A stretch of DNA of 63,561 nucleotides, counting the filler, from Octopus bimaculoides (lineage: Eukaryota), in assembly GCF_001194135.2 (NCBI RefSeq). It is 8 parts of 8 records of this genome, joined end to end, with 100 filler letters (N's around TTAATTAATTAA, not from the genome) between each part and the next. Parts side by side here need not be neighbours in the genome. Positions count along the whole stretch, not along the records: positions 14,786 to 32,485 come from NC_069008.1; positions 32,586 to 45,211 come from NC_068991.1; 6 more parts are not named here. One strand, written 5' to 3'. This document shows, piece after piece, positions 25,380-35,532 of the stretch; position 1 is the stretch's first letter, and every line of letters starts with the position of its first letter. Under the pieces are notes generated by a model. The model was not told the DNA's origin. It saw only the letters and a list, made by a program, of their open reading frames with translations, and made no database searches. A program made the position numbers and the translations under genes.

Positions 25380-25798
25380 GGTGGAGATGGAGTATATGTA
25401 ATCTGGGTATACCCCCACTTTTAAATTTTGTTTTTTTTTTACGGAATCCTATGTTTCAGACCATGGAGAATCCGATTCTGGAAAAAAATTTTCAAAATTT
25501 CTATCCCCCCATCCCCAGTTTTTATATAGATCCACAGGGTAAACCTAACCCTAACCCTGACCGTAACCCTGACCCTAACCCTAACCCTAAACCTAACCCT
25601 AACACTAGTTTTGTGAGATTTGGCTGTTATTTCTAGCATGTAAATAGCCTGCTTGGTGGGAGGGGGGGGAATTGAAATTTTTCAAAATTTTTTTTTTCAG
25701 AATCGGAATCTCCATAGCCTAAAACGTGGGATTCCGTTAAAAAAAAATTAATAAATAAGGGGGGGAAAGGTTCAGATTACATATAGTCCATCTCTACC
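25380..25798. mobile_element. MITE with ~130-bp imperfect TIRs and internal (CCCTAA)n
   Basis: GGTGGAGATGGAGTATATGTAATCTG versus CAGATTACATATAGTCCATCTCTACC; subterminal inverted blocks; telomere-like run at 25545-25602; TSD unclear. Confidence 0.75.
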
Positions 25799-25809
25799 GT
25801 CATTTTTAT

Positions 25810-26200
25810 GACAAGTTGCTCGTAAGTCTCTTATAACATTCCTTCCCGATCTTTTCTTTCATGCTTGCATACTGAATGCCAGAGCCTTCATTTCTTCCTA
25901 GGTATTTATAAGTTTGTTCCTGATCAAGTTCCTTCATAATTGTTAACATCTAGCGCAACTGAATTGGAGGTTTTCAATTTACTTTTCTGGAAAGTGGTCC
26001 TGGCACATTTAGCAAGACCAAATTCCATCCTGATTTCATTACAGAATCCTTTCACAGTACATAATAGGCCTTCAAGCTCATCATTGACTTTGCCATATAA
26101 AATACACGGCTTATTTTCTTGTCAGTTTTATATCCAAACCATGTTCTTCCAAGTTTGTAGCAAGCATATTGTCTACTCGGCTATTTCGCTTTAAAATTAT
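25810..26200 (-). pseudogene. R4/Dong-like non-LTR retrotransposon RT fragment
   Basis: LYGKVNDELEGLLCTVKGFCNEIRMEFGLAKCA...KELDQEQTYKYLG...MKEKIGKECYKR. Confidence 0.8.
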
Positions 26201-26899
26201 ATCAAATGGGCATGTTTCGGCATTGTCAACATTTAATCATATGGCTAGGGTTGGACTAGATTAATTGCAAAGATTGGATGGTCTTAACTAGCTAATCAGT
26301 GTTTGAGCAACAGTTTTTATCCCAACATAGAAACATTCTCTTCCTGTCCACCAACCATTATATAAGGACTGCTCCCTCACGTTATAGAGCAGAGAGAGGA
26401 GGGAGAGACGAGATCATGAGCCAAGCAGATGTCTTCCAGTTGCCGATGTTGCGCAGCACACAGGACAAAGCCATAAACATGCTATGAAATTTCAACTATG
26501 AGACAACTTCCACTGTTCAAGACATACTTAAAATTACCAAACCAGTTGCTTCACAATATGTAAGATATTTGCCATGTGTTCTTGCTGGTAGTATTATTCA
26601 TGTTGTACCAACATGCTGTACCTTCTATTAGTGTTAAATTAAAATGTAGCAGTCAGTTACAATCTTTGTCTTCATATTTCTTGGTGCTCTTAACCATGGC
26701 TCATCTGGAACCAGAAATTTATTATTTTACCAGGGCCATAGCCACACAACTTCAACACCCGCCACCTTGTGTTATGCGGAGTGGGAGAAGAGTTCGTTGG
26801 CCGGCCAAGTTTGTACAGACTATTTCTAATTGTGCACTTTGCACAGTGATTGTCATTCAGTTGGAAACATTGATTATGACAAAGAGCCATTTCACTGTA

Positions 26900-28010
26900 A
26901 GCTCGCCAAAGCATGCTTAATGTTCCGAGTGGCAGGGGCGCTTCAAAAGTGGAAGAACATTCCTGGAAGATGATGAGTGATCTGGAAGGCCTGCCACGAG
27001 CGTCACCCCCAGAACTGTAGAGAAAATTCATCAACTCATCGATGAAAGTAAACAAAGTTTGTTCTTTTTTAGAAGCGTTGAGATGTATTGTAAGATACAG
27101 AAATAAATTTATTTCTCAAACGCATGATAATGCTATAAATAGCTTGATCAGGATAAATTATCCATTTATTGCAGAAAAATATGTTACTGGCCAGCCATGA
27201 GACTCAAACTCACATCTCTGTNNNNNNNNNNNNNNNNNNNNNNNNNNNNNNNNNNNNNNNNNNNNNNNNNNNNNNNNNNNNNNNNNNNNNNNNNNNNNNN
27301 NNNNNNNNNNNNNNNNNNNNNNNNNNNNNNNNNNNNNNNNNNNNNNNAATCACAGAGATGTGAGTTCGGGTCTCATGGCTGGCCAGTAACGTATTTTTCT
27401 GCATTATATGGATAATTTATCCTGATCAAGCTATTTATAGCATTATCACGCGTTTGAGAAATAAATTTATTTCTGTATCTTTCATCAACTTTTGCATGAG
27501 GATCGTTGGAGGACAATCACTGACATTGCTGATGTTGTTTGTCTGTCATATGGGTCTGTGCAGGCAATCCTAATGTCTGAATTGAACATGTGGCATGTCT
27601 CTGCCAAGCTTGTCCCCCACCTGCTGACCACTGAGCAGAAAGAACATCACATTGAAGTCTTACAAGATCTCCGTCAGCATGCCACTGATGACACATCCTT
27701 GTCGAGGATCATCACCCTGTCATTGATTTCTCCTCACTTGTGAGTTTCTCTCCAAAAACAACATGGTTTTACTTCCACACTCATCCTATTCACCATATTT
27801 AGCCCCTGCAGACTTTAATCTTTCCCCCAGGATGAAAGTGCAGCTCAAAGGTTGCAGTTTTAACATTGTTGTCAAGATCTTGAGTGAATTGCAGAAGGTC
27901 CTTGACTCACTTATGGAAAACAACTTCCAGGCCAGATTCCAAAAGTGGCAGGAAAACTGGGGGGGGCCAGTGTATTGCTGTGCAAGGTGACTATTTCAAA
28001 AGAGATTAGG
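26900..28010 (+). mobile_element. Internally deleted mariner, split by fold-back element copy 1
   Basis: RFKSGRTFLEDDE*SGRPATSVTPRTVEKIHQL | LHEDRWRTITDIA...SAKLVPHLLT...SRIIT and PHSSYSPYLAPADF; the reading frame resumes across the insertion. Confidence 0.85.
27037..27480. mobile_element. tRNA fold-back element family A, copy 1 (centre in gap)
   Basis: Inverted arms on either side of the gap; 10-bp TSD TTCATCAACT at 27027-27036 and 27481-27490; homologous to 30111-30579. Confidence 0.85.
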
Positions 28011-28017
28011 TTAAAAC

Positions 28018-28227
28018 TTAACCCTTTAGCATTTAAACTGGCCATATCCGGCCAAAAGTAAAACTGGCCAGATCTGGTCTCTCACACCAACCCTACAATA
28101 TCGTTTTAAAAATTAACAGCTACCTCATCAAAATCTCATAGCTACGAGATAATGCATGATTAGTTCAAAATAATGTGGATAAAAAAGCATTAACTATGGC
28201 AGAATAATGTGAACACTAAAGGGTTAA
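28018..28227. mobile_element. piggyBac-like MITE
   Basis: TTAA|CCCTTTAGCATT...CACTAAAGGG|TTAA; related copies at 30783-30990 and 48570-49045. Confidence 0.75.
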
Positions 28228-28339
28228 GCAAATATGTTATTTTCTATTAAAGATAACTAGTCCGGGAATTTTTTGATACCATCTCATAATTGTAAGCAAG
28301 CGTGACTGTCATATAAGCTATGTCATTCATTCCCAATAT

Positions 28340-28500
28340 GCTGCAATAACATATCTGGCCATGAGGGAAAGTTACTTTGCTTTGAAACAGGTGAGGGGTG
28401 GTGACAGGAAGGGCATCCAACCATAGAAAATCTGTTTCAATAAAACTCTGTTTGACCCATTCAAGTATGGAAATAGCAGGAAGCTGATGATGATGATTAT
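28340..28500 (+). mobile_element. RTE-tail repeat, degenerate
   Basis: GACAGGAAGGGCATCCAACCATAGAAAA...GACCCATTCAAGTATGGAA...(GAT)n. Confidence 0.55.
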
Positions 28501-28949
28501 ATAATGCATATATTTCGAAAGTAGAGAGAAAAATTGTCCTCATACATTCTTATTTCTATACAGTTTATCTGTATAAAAATAATCTAGTATAATTTGTCCA
28601 GTTGTTTTAAGTATCTTCTATATCTTATATTCTTGTTTATTATTTCAGATTATCTGAAGGCGTTGGCATCAAAGGTTCATCAAGGATCATCAATATTTAT
28701 CAACTTTTAAAGATTAAAGAAGTTATGCTTAACAAATATATCTCATTTGATATTATTTGTAAACTGAGATTAGTAGTAATTTTATCTACCTCCTTATCTT
28801 GGATATGTACAACATGAATTTTCGAACTGAATTTAGATTACAAGGAGTTTGCAACATATTAAGATATTTGCAAAGATTACAGTTGATGGGAAAATAGCAA
28901 AAAAAAATATATTTGTTTGGAATCAATACAAACAAAAAGAAGAAAAATT

Positions 28950-29969
28950 ATGGAAAAAGAATTATGTGAAGACAACCTCAAGTTTCAAGCAAAATCTAAA
29001 AGAATTGAATTTCCTGGTGATAGCAAGGAAGAAAGAGTGAAAACATCATTCACTTGTGATATCTGTGGTAAATCATTATCTCAAAAATGCCATCTCACTA
29101 CACATAAACGTACTCATACAGGAGAGAAGCCTTATCATTGCGATATCTGTGGTAAATCATTCTCTGAAACTAGTTACCTAACTAAACATAAACGACTTCA
29201 TACAGGAGAGAATCCATATCAGTGTGATATCTGTGGTAAATCTTGCTCGGGAAGTACTGACTTAACTATTCATGTACGCACTCATACAGGAGAGAAGCCA
29301 TTTCACTGTGACATCTGTGGCAAATCATTCTCTCATGGAAATACACTGACTATACACAAACGTATTCATACAGGTGAAAAACCATACCACTGTGATATCT
29401 GTGGTAAATCATTCTCTGAAAAAGGTACCTTAACTATTCACAAACGTATTCACACAGGAGAGAAACCTTATTGTTGTGATATCTGTGGTAAATCATTCTC
29501 CCAAAGACCTCATTTAGCTGAACACAAACGTATTCATACAGGTGAGAAAGCACATCACTGTGATGTCTGCAGTAAATCATTCTTTAGAAGTAGTGACTTA
29601 ACGGCGCACAAACGTATTCATACAGGAGAGAGGCCATATCACTGTGATATCTGCGGTAGATCATTCTCTCATAATCATAATTTAACCAAACACAAACGTA
29701 TTCATGCAGGAGAGACACCATATCTTTGTGATATCTGTGGTAAATCATTCTCTCAATTATATAATTTGACTACACACAAACGTATTCACACAGGAGAGAA
29801 ACCATATAATTGTGATATCTGTGGTAAATCATTCTCTGAAAATAGTACCTTAACAACTCACAAACGTATCCATACAGGTGAGAGTCCATATTGCTGTGAC
29901 ATCTGTGGGAAATCATTCTCTCGTAAAAGGAACTTAACTACTCATATAGGTATTCATTCACAACAGTAA
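28950..29969 (+). CDS. Single-exon C2H2 zinc-finger protein, 11 fingers (CDIC type), 339 aa from first ATG
   Basis: Intact [11 protein letters not shown]...; 11 fingers with TGE[K/N/R/S]P-type linkers; the ORF track's 28917 start is a TTG. Confidence 0.93.
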   Translation: MEKELCEDNLKFQAKSKRIEFPGDSKEERVKTSFTCDICGKSLSQKCHLTTHKRTHTGEKPYHCDICGKSFSETSYLTKHKRLHTGENPYQCDICGKSCSGSTDLTIHVRTHTGEKPFHCDICGKSFSHGNTLTIHKRIHTGEKPYHCDICGKSFSEKGTLTIHKRIHTGEKPYCCDICGKSFSQRPHLAEHKRIHTGEKAHHCDVCSKSFFRSSDLTAHKRIHTGERPYHCDICGRSFSHNHNLTKHKRIHAGETPYLCDICGKSFSQLYNLTTHKRIHTGEKPYNCDICGKSFSENSTLTTHKRIHTGESPYCCDICGKSFSRKRNLTTHIGIHSQQ

Positions 29970-30256
29970 CTACACCAATGCCAACATTCTGATTGAAGTT
30001 AATGCTGTGCTGCAAGCTCACTACTGCATTTATCTTGATAACATTTTCCCCTTTTCTTGTTGGTATATGTAGTTATTTTACGAATGCTAGTTCTAGACAG
30101 TATTCATAAACGATGAAAGTAAACAAAGTTTGTATTTAGAAGCATTGACATGTATTGGTAAGATACAGAATTAAATTTATATCTCAAACGCGTGATAATG
30201 CTATAAATAGCATGATCAGGATAAATTATCCATATAAGGCAGAAAAATACGTTACT

Positions 30257-30328
30257 GGCCAGCCATGAGACTCGAACTCACATCTCTGTGATTACATGTC
30301 AAGTGTTTTACCATTAAACTAAACTGCC
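30257..30328 (-). tRNA. tRNA-Thr(TGT)-like pseudo-tRNA, left arm of the fold-back
   Basis: Inverted copy of 30428-30499 with one D-arm difference. Confidence 0.6.
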
Positions 30329-30427
30329 CAGCAACGAATTCTTCTGCAATTTTAGAACTTATAAATTTAGCTTCATAAGACGCTAACAATAAATTCAACT
30401 TTAAAATTGCAGAAGAATTCGTTGCTG

Positions 30428-30499
30428 GGCAGTTTAGTCTAATGGTAAAACACTTGACATGTAATCACAGAGATGTGAGTTCGAGTCTCATGGCTGGCC
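30428..30499 (+). tRNA. tRNA-Thr(TGT)-like pseudo-tRNA, right arm of the fold-back
   Basis: Manual cloverleaf: acceptor GGCAGTT/GGCTGGC (6 of 7 pairs), D-arm GTCT-AATGGTA-AAAC, anticodon loop CATGTAA, T-arm GTGAG-TTCGAGT-CTCAT; A at position 33 and a bulged C suggest it is non-functional as a tRNA. Confidence 0.65.
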
Positions 30500-30782
30500 A
30501 GTAACGTATTTTTCTACATTATATGCATAATTTATCCTGATCACGCTATTTATAGCATTATCACGTGTTTGAGAAATAAAGTATTCATAAAATTACTCTG
30601 TATACCAATTAGAAACAAAAAAATCAGTTTGTTTATCACATTTAATATAAATACATCTTGATAAAGAAAATTTTCTGCAGTCCATCTGCACATGTACTGT
30701 GTTTAAAAACAATGTTCATAGACATCGTAAAAGTGAATACTCACCTGTCATTTTACTATTTTATTAGTGCAGGTATTTCTCA

Positions 30783-30990
30783 TTAAGCCTTTATCCTTTA
30801 AACTGGCCATATCCGGCTCAGATATTCTAGCTGTTTAATTTTCAAACTGTGCAGATCTGACATCTCATGCCTGCCATAAAACATCATTCGAAAATACACA
30901 ATCACATCATCAAAATCTCAAAGCTACAAGATAATGCATGATTAATTGAAAACAATGTGAATAAATAAGTATCACATTTGACAGTAAATT
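30783..30990. mobile_element. piggyBac-like MITE, degenerate
   Basis: TTTAAACTGGCCATATCCGG...CAAAATCTCAAAGCTACAAGATAATGCATGATT as in 28018-28227. Confidence 0.65.
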
Positions 30991-32134
30991 GATACCAAGC
31001 AGGATAATGTTTTAAAAACTGAACAAGTCATGTCTACTAAATACAAGATTGTTTAAATGTATCAGGTGACATTATTTTAATTCTAGAAATACATTGTTCA
31101 AAACTGATGTGGTCTATTTACTTTTCTGATGAATGTATATCAGTCAGTTTGATCTTCCATCTGCAGTGATGAGGATATTAGATGCAAAGTTCTGCCTTGT
31201 TGGGTTTTGTTTCCAGTCTGTTATCTTTACACAGCTAACCTCTTGCTAAGACAAAATCTTTGACTACTGATATAGGAAAATTGATTAAACAGTTACTGAT
31301 GTTACAATCAGCCACCTGGTTAAATAAAAATTCATTAAATGCAAGAGAAACAAAATATATATTTGATCAATTAAAATTATGTAATGTGTTATTGTGTAAT
31401 TACTAGAACCATTAAAGTTGTTAGTGAGAATAAATGGTTAATATAATGAGAAATATATTCACAGAGGAAACAAAATATAATAGCATGTAATGATAACTTG
31501 CTAACCCTGTATTTTATATAAACAACTATATCAACCTTGGTGAGATAACGTACCATTGTAATATTTTTAATAACTGCATGCTTTCAAAATACTTTGTAGC
31601 AATTACCATACAACATGTTAGTTCATGAGATATTTTTGGGGGATGAATACCTTAGATAATTTGCTTTCTTAAGATGTATTTACATTAAGTGTGATACACA
31701 GATAAAAGAAAAATAAGGAGAAATCAGAAATTACTCATTTTGCCCCGCAATATGATTCCAAATCTAAACAGTAGCAACATTTACACTAAGTCTTTTCTTA
31801 TGGCTAGATAGTAACCATGGTGATTCATATATATATACCAAATTTCAAAATTTCCACTTAATTTCTAAAATTTCATAATCTGTGACAGAAACAGAAGAGA
31901 TCTTACTCTGTTTGCCTATCTCATTTTCATGGTAAACTTTCTTATTCTCTATAAAAGTATATTACTAACACTGAGTGTGTGTGTGTGTTTGCATGTGTTT
32001 AAGGAATTTCATTAGGATGATAGAGTGATTTAAAAACGGTATGTAAAGGATAATTATTTTAATAGCATACTTGTCTGTTAATAAATATATTTTTTCTTAC
32101 ACACACACACACCCAGACTCACTTGAAGTGGAGT

Positions 32135-32485
32135 GGGGTTACTCTTTTACTTGTTTCAGTCTTTTTAACTGTGGCCATGCTGGAGCACCGCCTTTAGTCA
32201 AGCAAATCGACCCCAGGACTTATTCTTTGGAAACCTAGTACTTATTCTATCGGTCTCTTTTTGCCGAACCACTAAGTTACGGGGACGTAAACACACCAGC
32301 ATCGGTTGTCAAGCGATGTTGGGGGGACAAACACAGACACACAAACACATACACACATATATATATATATATATACATATATACGACGGGCTTCTTTCAG
32401 TTTCTGTCTACCAAATCCACTCACAAGGCTTTGGTCGGCCCAAGGTGCCACGCAGTGGGAATGAACCTGGGACAATGTGGTTGGT
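32135..32485 (-). mobile_element. SINE family 2, near full length
   Basis: Tail, internal (CA)(TA) microsatellite, and head CAAGGTGCCACGCAGTGGGAATGAACC. Confidence 0.9.
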
Positions 32486-33029
32486 NNNNNNNNNNNNNNN
32501 NNNNNNNNNNNNNNNNNNNNNNNNNNNNNTTAATTAATTAANNNNNNNNNNNNNNNNNNNNNNNNNNNNNNNNNNNNNNNNNNNNTATCTTTTTAAGGGC
32601 TGACTAATTGGGGACCCAGTGACTCCCCTATTTCTACTGCATTTTAAACTAAATACATGGCATTGGCGACCAAATCAGAGGAATGACAATGAATTTCATG
32701 CCATGAACTCCCAGGGAGTATTGTAAAGAGGTTCAATTTCTGAAGGGCTGCTTAAATAGGGCCCCACTGACCCCCTGCCATTTTTACTGCATTTACTTTG
32801 CTCCTACGGTTATTTATTAAACTATGATCAACATCAATGCTTAGCACATTTGCAGAAATAAGTTTGGGCATTCTAACTACCTTCACGCACATTCAAATCG
32901 AGATAAAAGGTTTCAACAGGTACGTTTCAAGTGTGGAGATTTATATTTTATGGCTCATGAAACTTATGTCTAGTATGTTTAAAAAGGCTAAATATGCATA
33001 CAGCGTATGTATGTATTTATGTATGTATG

Positions 33030-33060
<31 letters not shown>

Positions 33061-33062
33061 TT

Positions 33063-33168
33063 ATTCAGTTTATTTCAAGATTTCATGCCAATAAAGAACC
33101 GGTTTCTAACCTAGATCCAAGGCTCCTTCATTGAAATTTCAACATCAACCACAGGGTATTTTTGCTTG
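33063..33168. repeat. ~105-bp element embedded in (ATGT)n, copy 2
   Basis: Matches 297-402. Confidence 0.8.
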
Positions 33169-34065
33169 TTTGGTTGTATGTATGTATGTATGTATATGTG
33201 CAGATTTGTATGTTTTATGTATCTATTCTCATGCATATAGTTGCACATCTAGACATGCTCACATGTNNNNNNNNNNNNNNNNNNNNNNNNNNNNNNNNNN
33301 NNNNNNNNNNNNNNNNNNNNNNNNNNNNNNNNNNNNNNNNNNNNNNNNNNNNNNNNNNNNNNNNNNNNNNNNNNNNNNNNNNNNNNNNNNNNNNNNNNNN
33401 NNNNNNNNNNNNNNNNNNNNNNNNNNNNNNNNNNNNNNNNNNNNNNNNNNNNNNNNNNNNNNNNNNNNNNNNNNNNNNNNNNNNNNNNNNNNNNNNNNNN
33501 NNNNNNNNNNNNNNNNNNNNNNNNNNNNNNNNNNNNNNNNNNNNNNNNNNNNNNNNNNNNNNNNNNNNNNNNNNNNNNNNNNNNNNNNNNNNNNNNNNNN
33601 NNNNNNNNNNNNNNNNNNNNNNNNNNNNNNNNNNNNNNNNNNNNNNNNNNNNNNNNNNNNNNNNNNNNNNNNNNNNNNNNNNNNNNNNNNNNNNNNNNNN
33701 NNNNNNNNNNNNNNNNNNNNNNNNNNNNNNNNNNNNNNNNNNNNNNNNNNNNNNNNNNNNNNNNNNNNNNNNNNNNNNNNNNNNNNNNNNNNNNNNNNNN
33801 NNNNNNNNNNNNNNNNNNNNNNNNNNNNNNNNNNNNNNNNNNNNNNNNNNNNNNNNNNNNNNNNNNNNNNNNNNNNNNNNNNNNNNNNNNNNNNNNNNNN
33901 NNNNNNNNNNNNNNNNNNNNNNNNNNNNNNNNNNNNNNNNNNNNNNNNNNNNNNNNNNNNNNNNNNNNNNNNNNNNNNNNNNNNNNNNNNNNNNNNNNNN
34001 NNNNNNNNNNNNNNNNNNNNNNNNNNNNNNNNNNNNNNNCTTCGAAAAAAAAATATATATGTATG

Positions 34066-34105
<40 letters not shown>

Positions 34106-34496
34106 TGTATAAGTGTAAATTTATGATATTGTATGTGTGTTACATTTGTGTGCATGTATGTGTGTAGCTGTGGATATTTTTGTGTGAATGTCGTTACTGA
34201 TTCTTGTACGAACAATTGGTTGATACCAGTTCTTAAAATTGTGATGTTAACAGAAAAGAAGGAAAAGGAACAAGGTCTAGGATTTGATATTTATATATAA
34301 GTATATGTGCATACCCATCTACGTACGTGTCTGATTATGTATGTAAATGTATGTATGTATGTATGTATGTATGTATGTATGTATGTATGTATGTATGTAT
34401 GCATGCATGTATGTATGTATGTATGTATGTATGTATGTATGTATGTATGTATGTATGTATATANNNNNNNNNNCTATATATAAAAAAGATATATAT

Positions 34497-34675
34497 ACCA
34501 TTCGCTTACTTGGCATTTGACTGCGGCGATGCTGGAGTACCGCCTTTAGTCGAACAAATCGACCCCGGAACTTATTCTTTGTAAGCCTAGTACTTATTCT
34601 ACCGGTCTTCTTCCGCCGAACTGCTAGTTTACGGGGACGTAAACACACCAACATCGGTTTTCAAGCGATGATGGG
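34497..34675 (-). mobile_element. SINE family 2, 3' half
   Basis: GCTGGAGTACCGCCTTTAGTCGAACAAATCGACCCC...GTAAACACACCAACATCGG. Confidence 0.85.
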
Positions 34676-34689
34676 AGGGTAATGATTTG

Positions 34690-35530
34690 TAATGCCTGAC
34701 TTAATGTTATTGCTGTCGGTACACTCTTGTGAATTTAATAGTCTCATATTGTGTGTGGATATTATTTGTGAGATGTTTTTAGTGTTAGAGAAACCGAATC
34801 TAACCGTGTGCGTGTTTATGACTGGGAAATAGTGAGAATGTCTTGGAAAATTCTTATTAACAGCATTTCAGAACTGGGAAACCAAATTTGATTTAGTATT
34901 TTTACCAAAAGGTATTATCAGCCAAATATTTTAAAACAGATTCTGGTTTAGAATGTGTGCTATTATTATTTCTAAATAGTTTCAATTTATTATTGTTATT
35001 ATTGAAAAAGGGTTTAAACTGACGGTTACTTCCCTTATAATGTAAATAAATGTTTGATTGTTTGTTAACGTCAATAGTTTTATGATGAGAATGATAATTG
35101 TATTTATCGTTGCTGTTAATATTAATATCTATATTATTACGGGTATCGATTTCATAAGTGTAATTAATATAACTAACTTTTTCTCTATATCCTGCTTTTA
35201 ATAAAGCAGAGTTGTGAAAGTCAGCTTCCTTATTGAAAATATTTTCATTTATGGATAACTTTGATAATCTAAGTGAAATGTTCCTAACTAAATTTCTTGT
35301 TACCGAATTAGGATGATTACTAAATTTGCTAATGTATTTAAGGTTAGTGGAAGATTTGTGGTAAGGGAAAAANNNNNNNNNNTGCTAATGTATTTAAGGT
35401 TAGTGGAAGATTTGTGGTAAGGGAAAAAGGTTTTTGTGTGTAGCTCTAGAGTGACATCTAGGAAATTGGCTATGGATGTTTCGTCTTCAAAGGTTATACT
35501 AAAGCACATTCTACTGAAAAATCTGGCTAG
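34690..35530 (-). pseudogene. Penelope-like element (PLE) RT thumb and linker remnant
   Basis: FSITFEDETSIANFLDVTLELHTKTFFPYHK...YISKFSNHPNSV...LLKAGY...NIWLIIPFGKNTKSN...NKNFPRH...INTHTVRFGFS...IISTHN matches the NFLDVTL / PYxK / SNHP / IWFNPPF / HN motif series I recall for endonuclease-bearing PLEs. Confidence 0.8.
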
Positions 35531-35532
35531 GA

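Larger units (their letters stand above)
30111..30579. mobile_element. tRNA fold-back element family A, copy 2 (complete)
   Basis: ~178-bp inverted arms (about 7 differences) meeting at 30354/30402, 47-bp spacer, left arm extended ~65 bp; 12-bp TSD AGTATTCATAAA at 30099-30110 and 30580-30591. Confidence 0.9.

Noticed and set aside
30257-30499. Functional tRNA-Thr gene pair
   Set aside because: A33, a bulged anticodon stem and location inside a TSD-bounded mobile unit argue for tRNA-derived heads
30525-30579. Hammerhead in the family A tail (CTGATCA...GAGAAA)
   Set aside because: Lacks the conserved G of CTGANGA and no consistent stems close the core
31160-31275. C/D box snoRNA (GTGATGA...CTGA)
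   Set aside because: No terminal stem or recognisable guide; such boxes arise by chance
35325-35430. Duplicated 45-mer around a 10-N gap (likewise 4195-4250 and 46929-46997)
   Set aside because: Contig-overlap artefact
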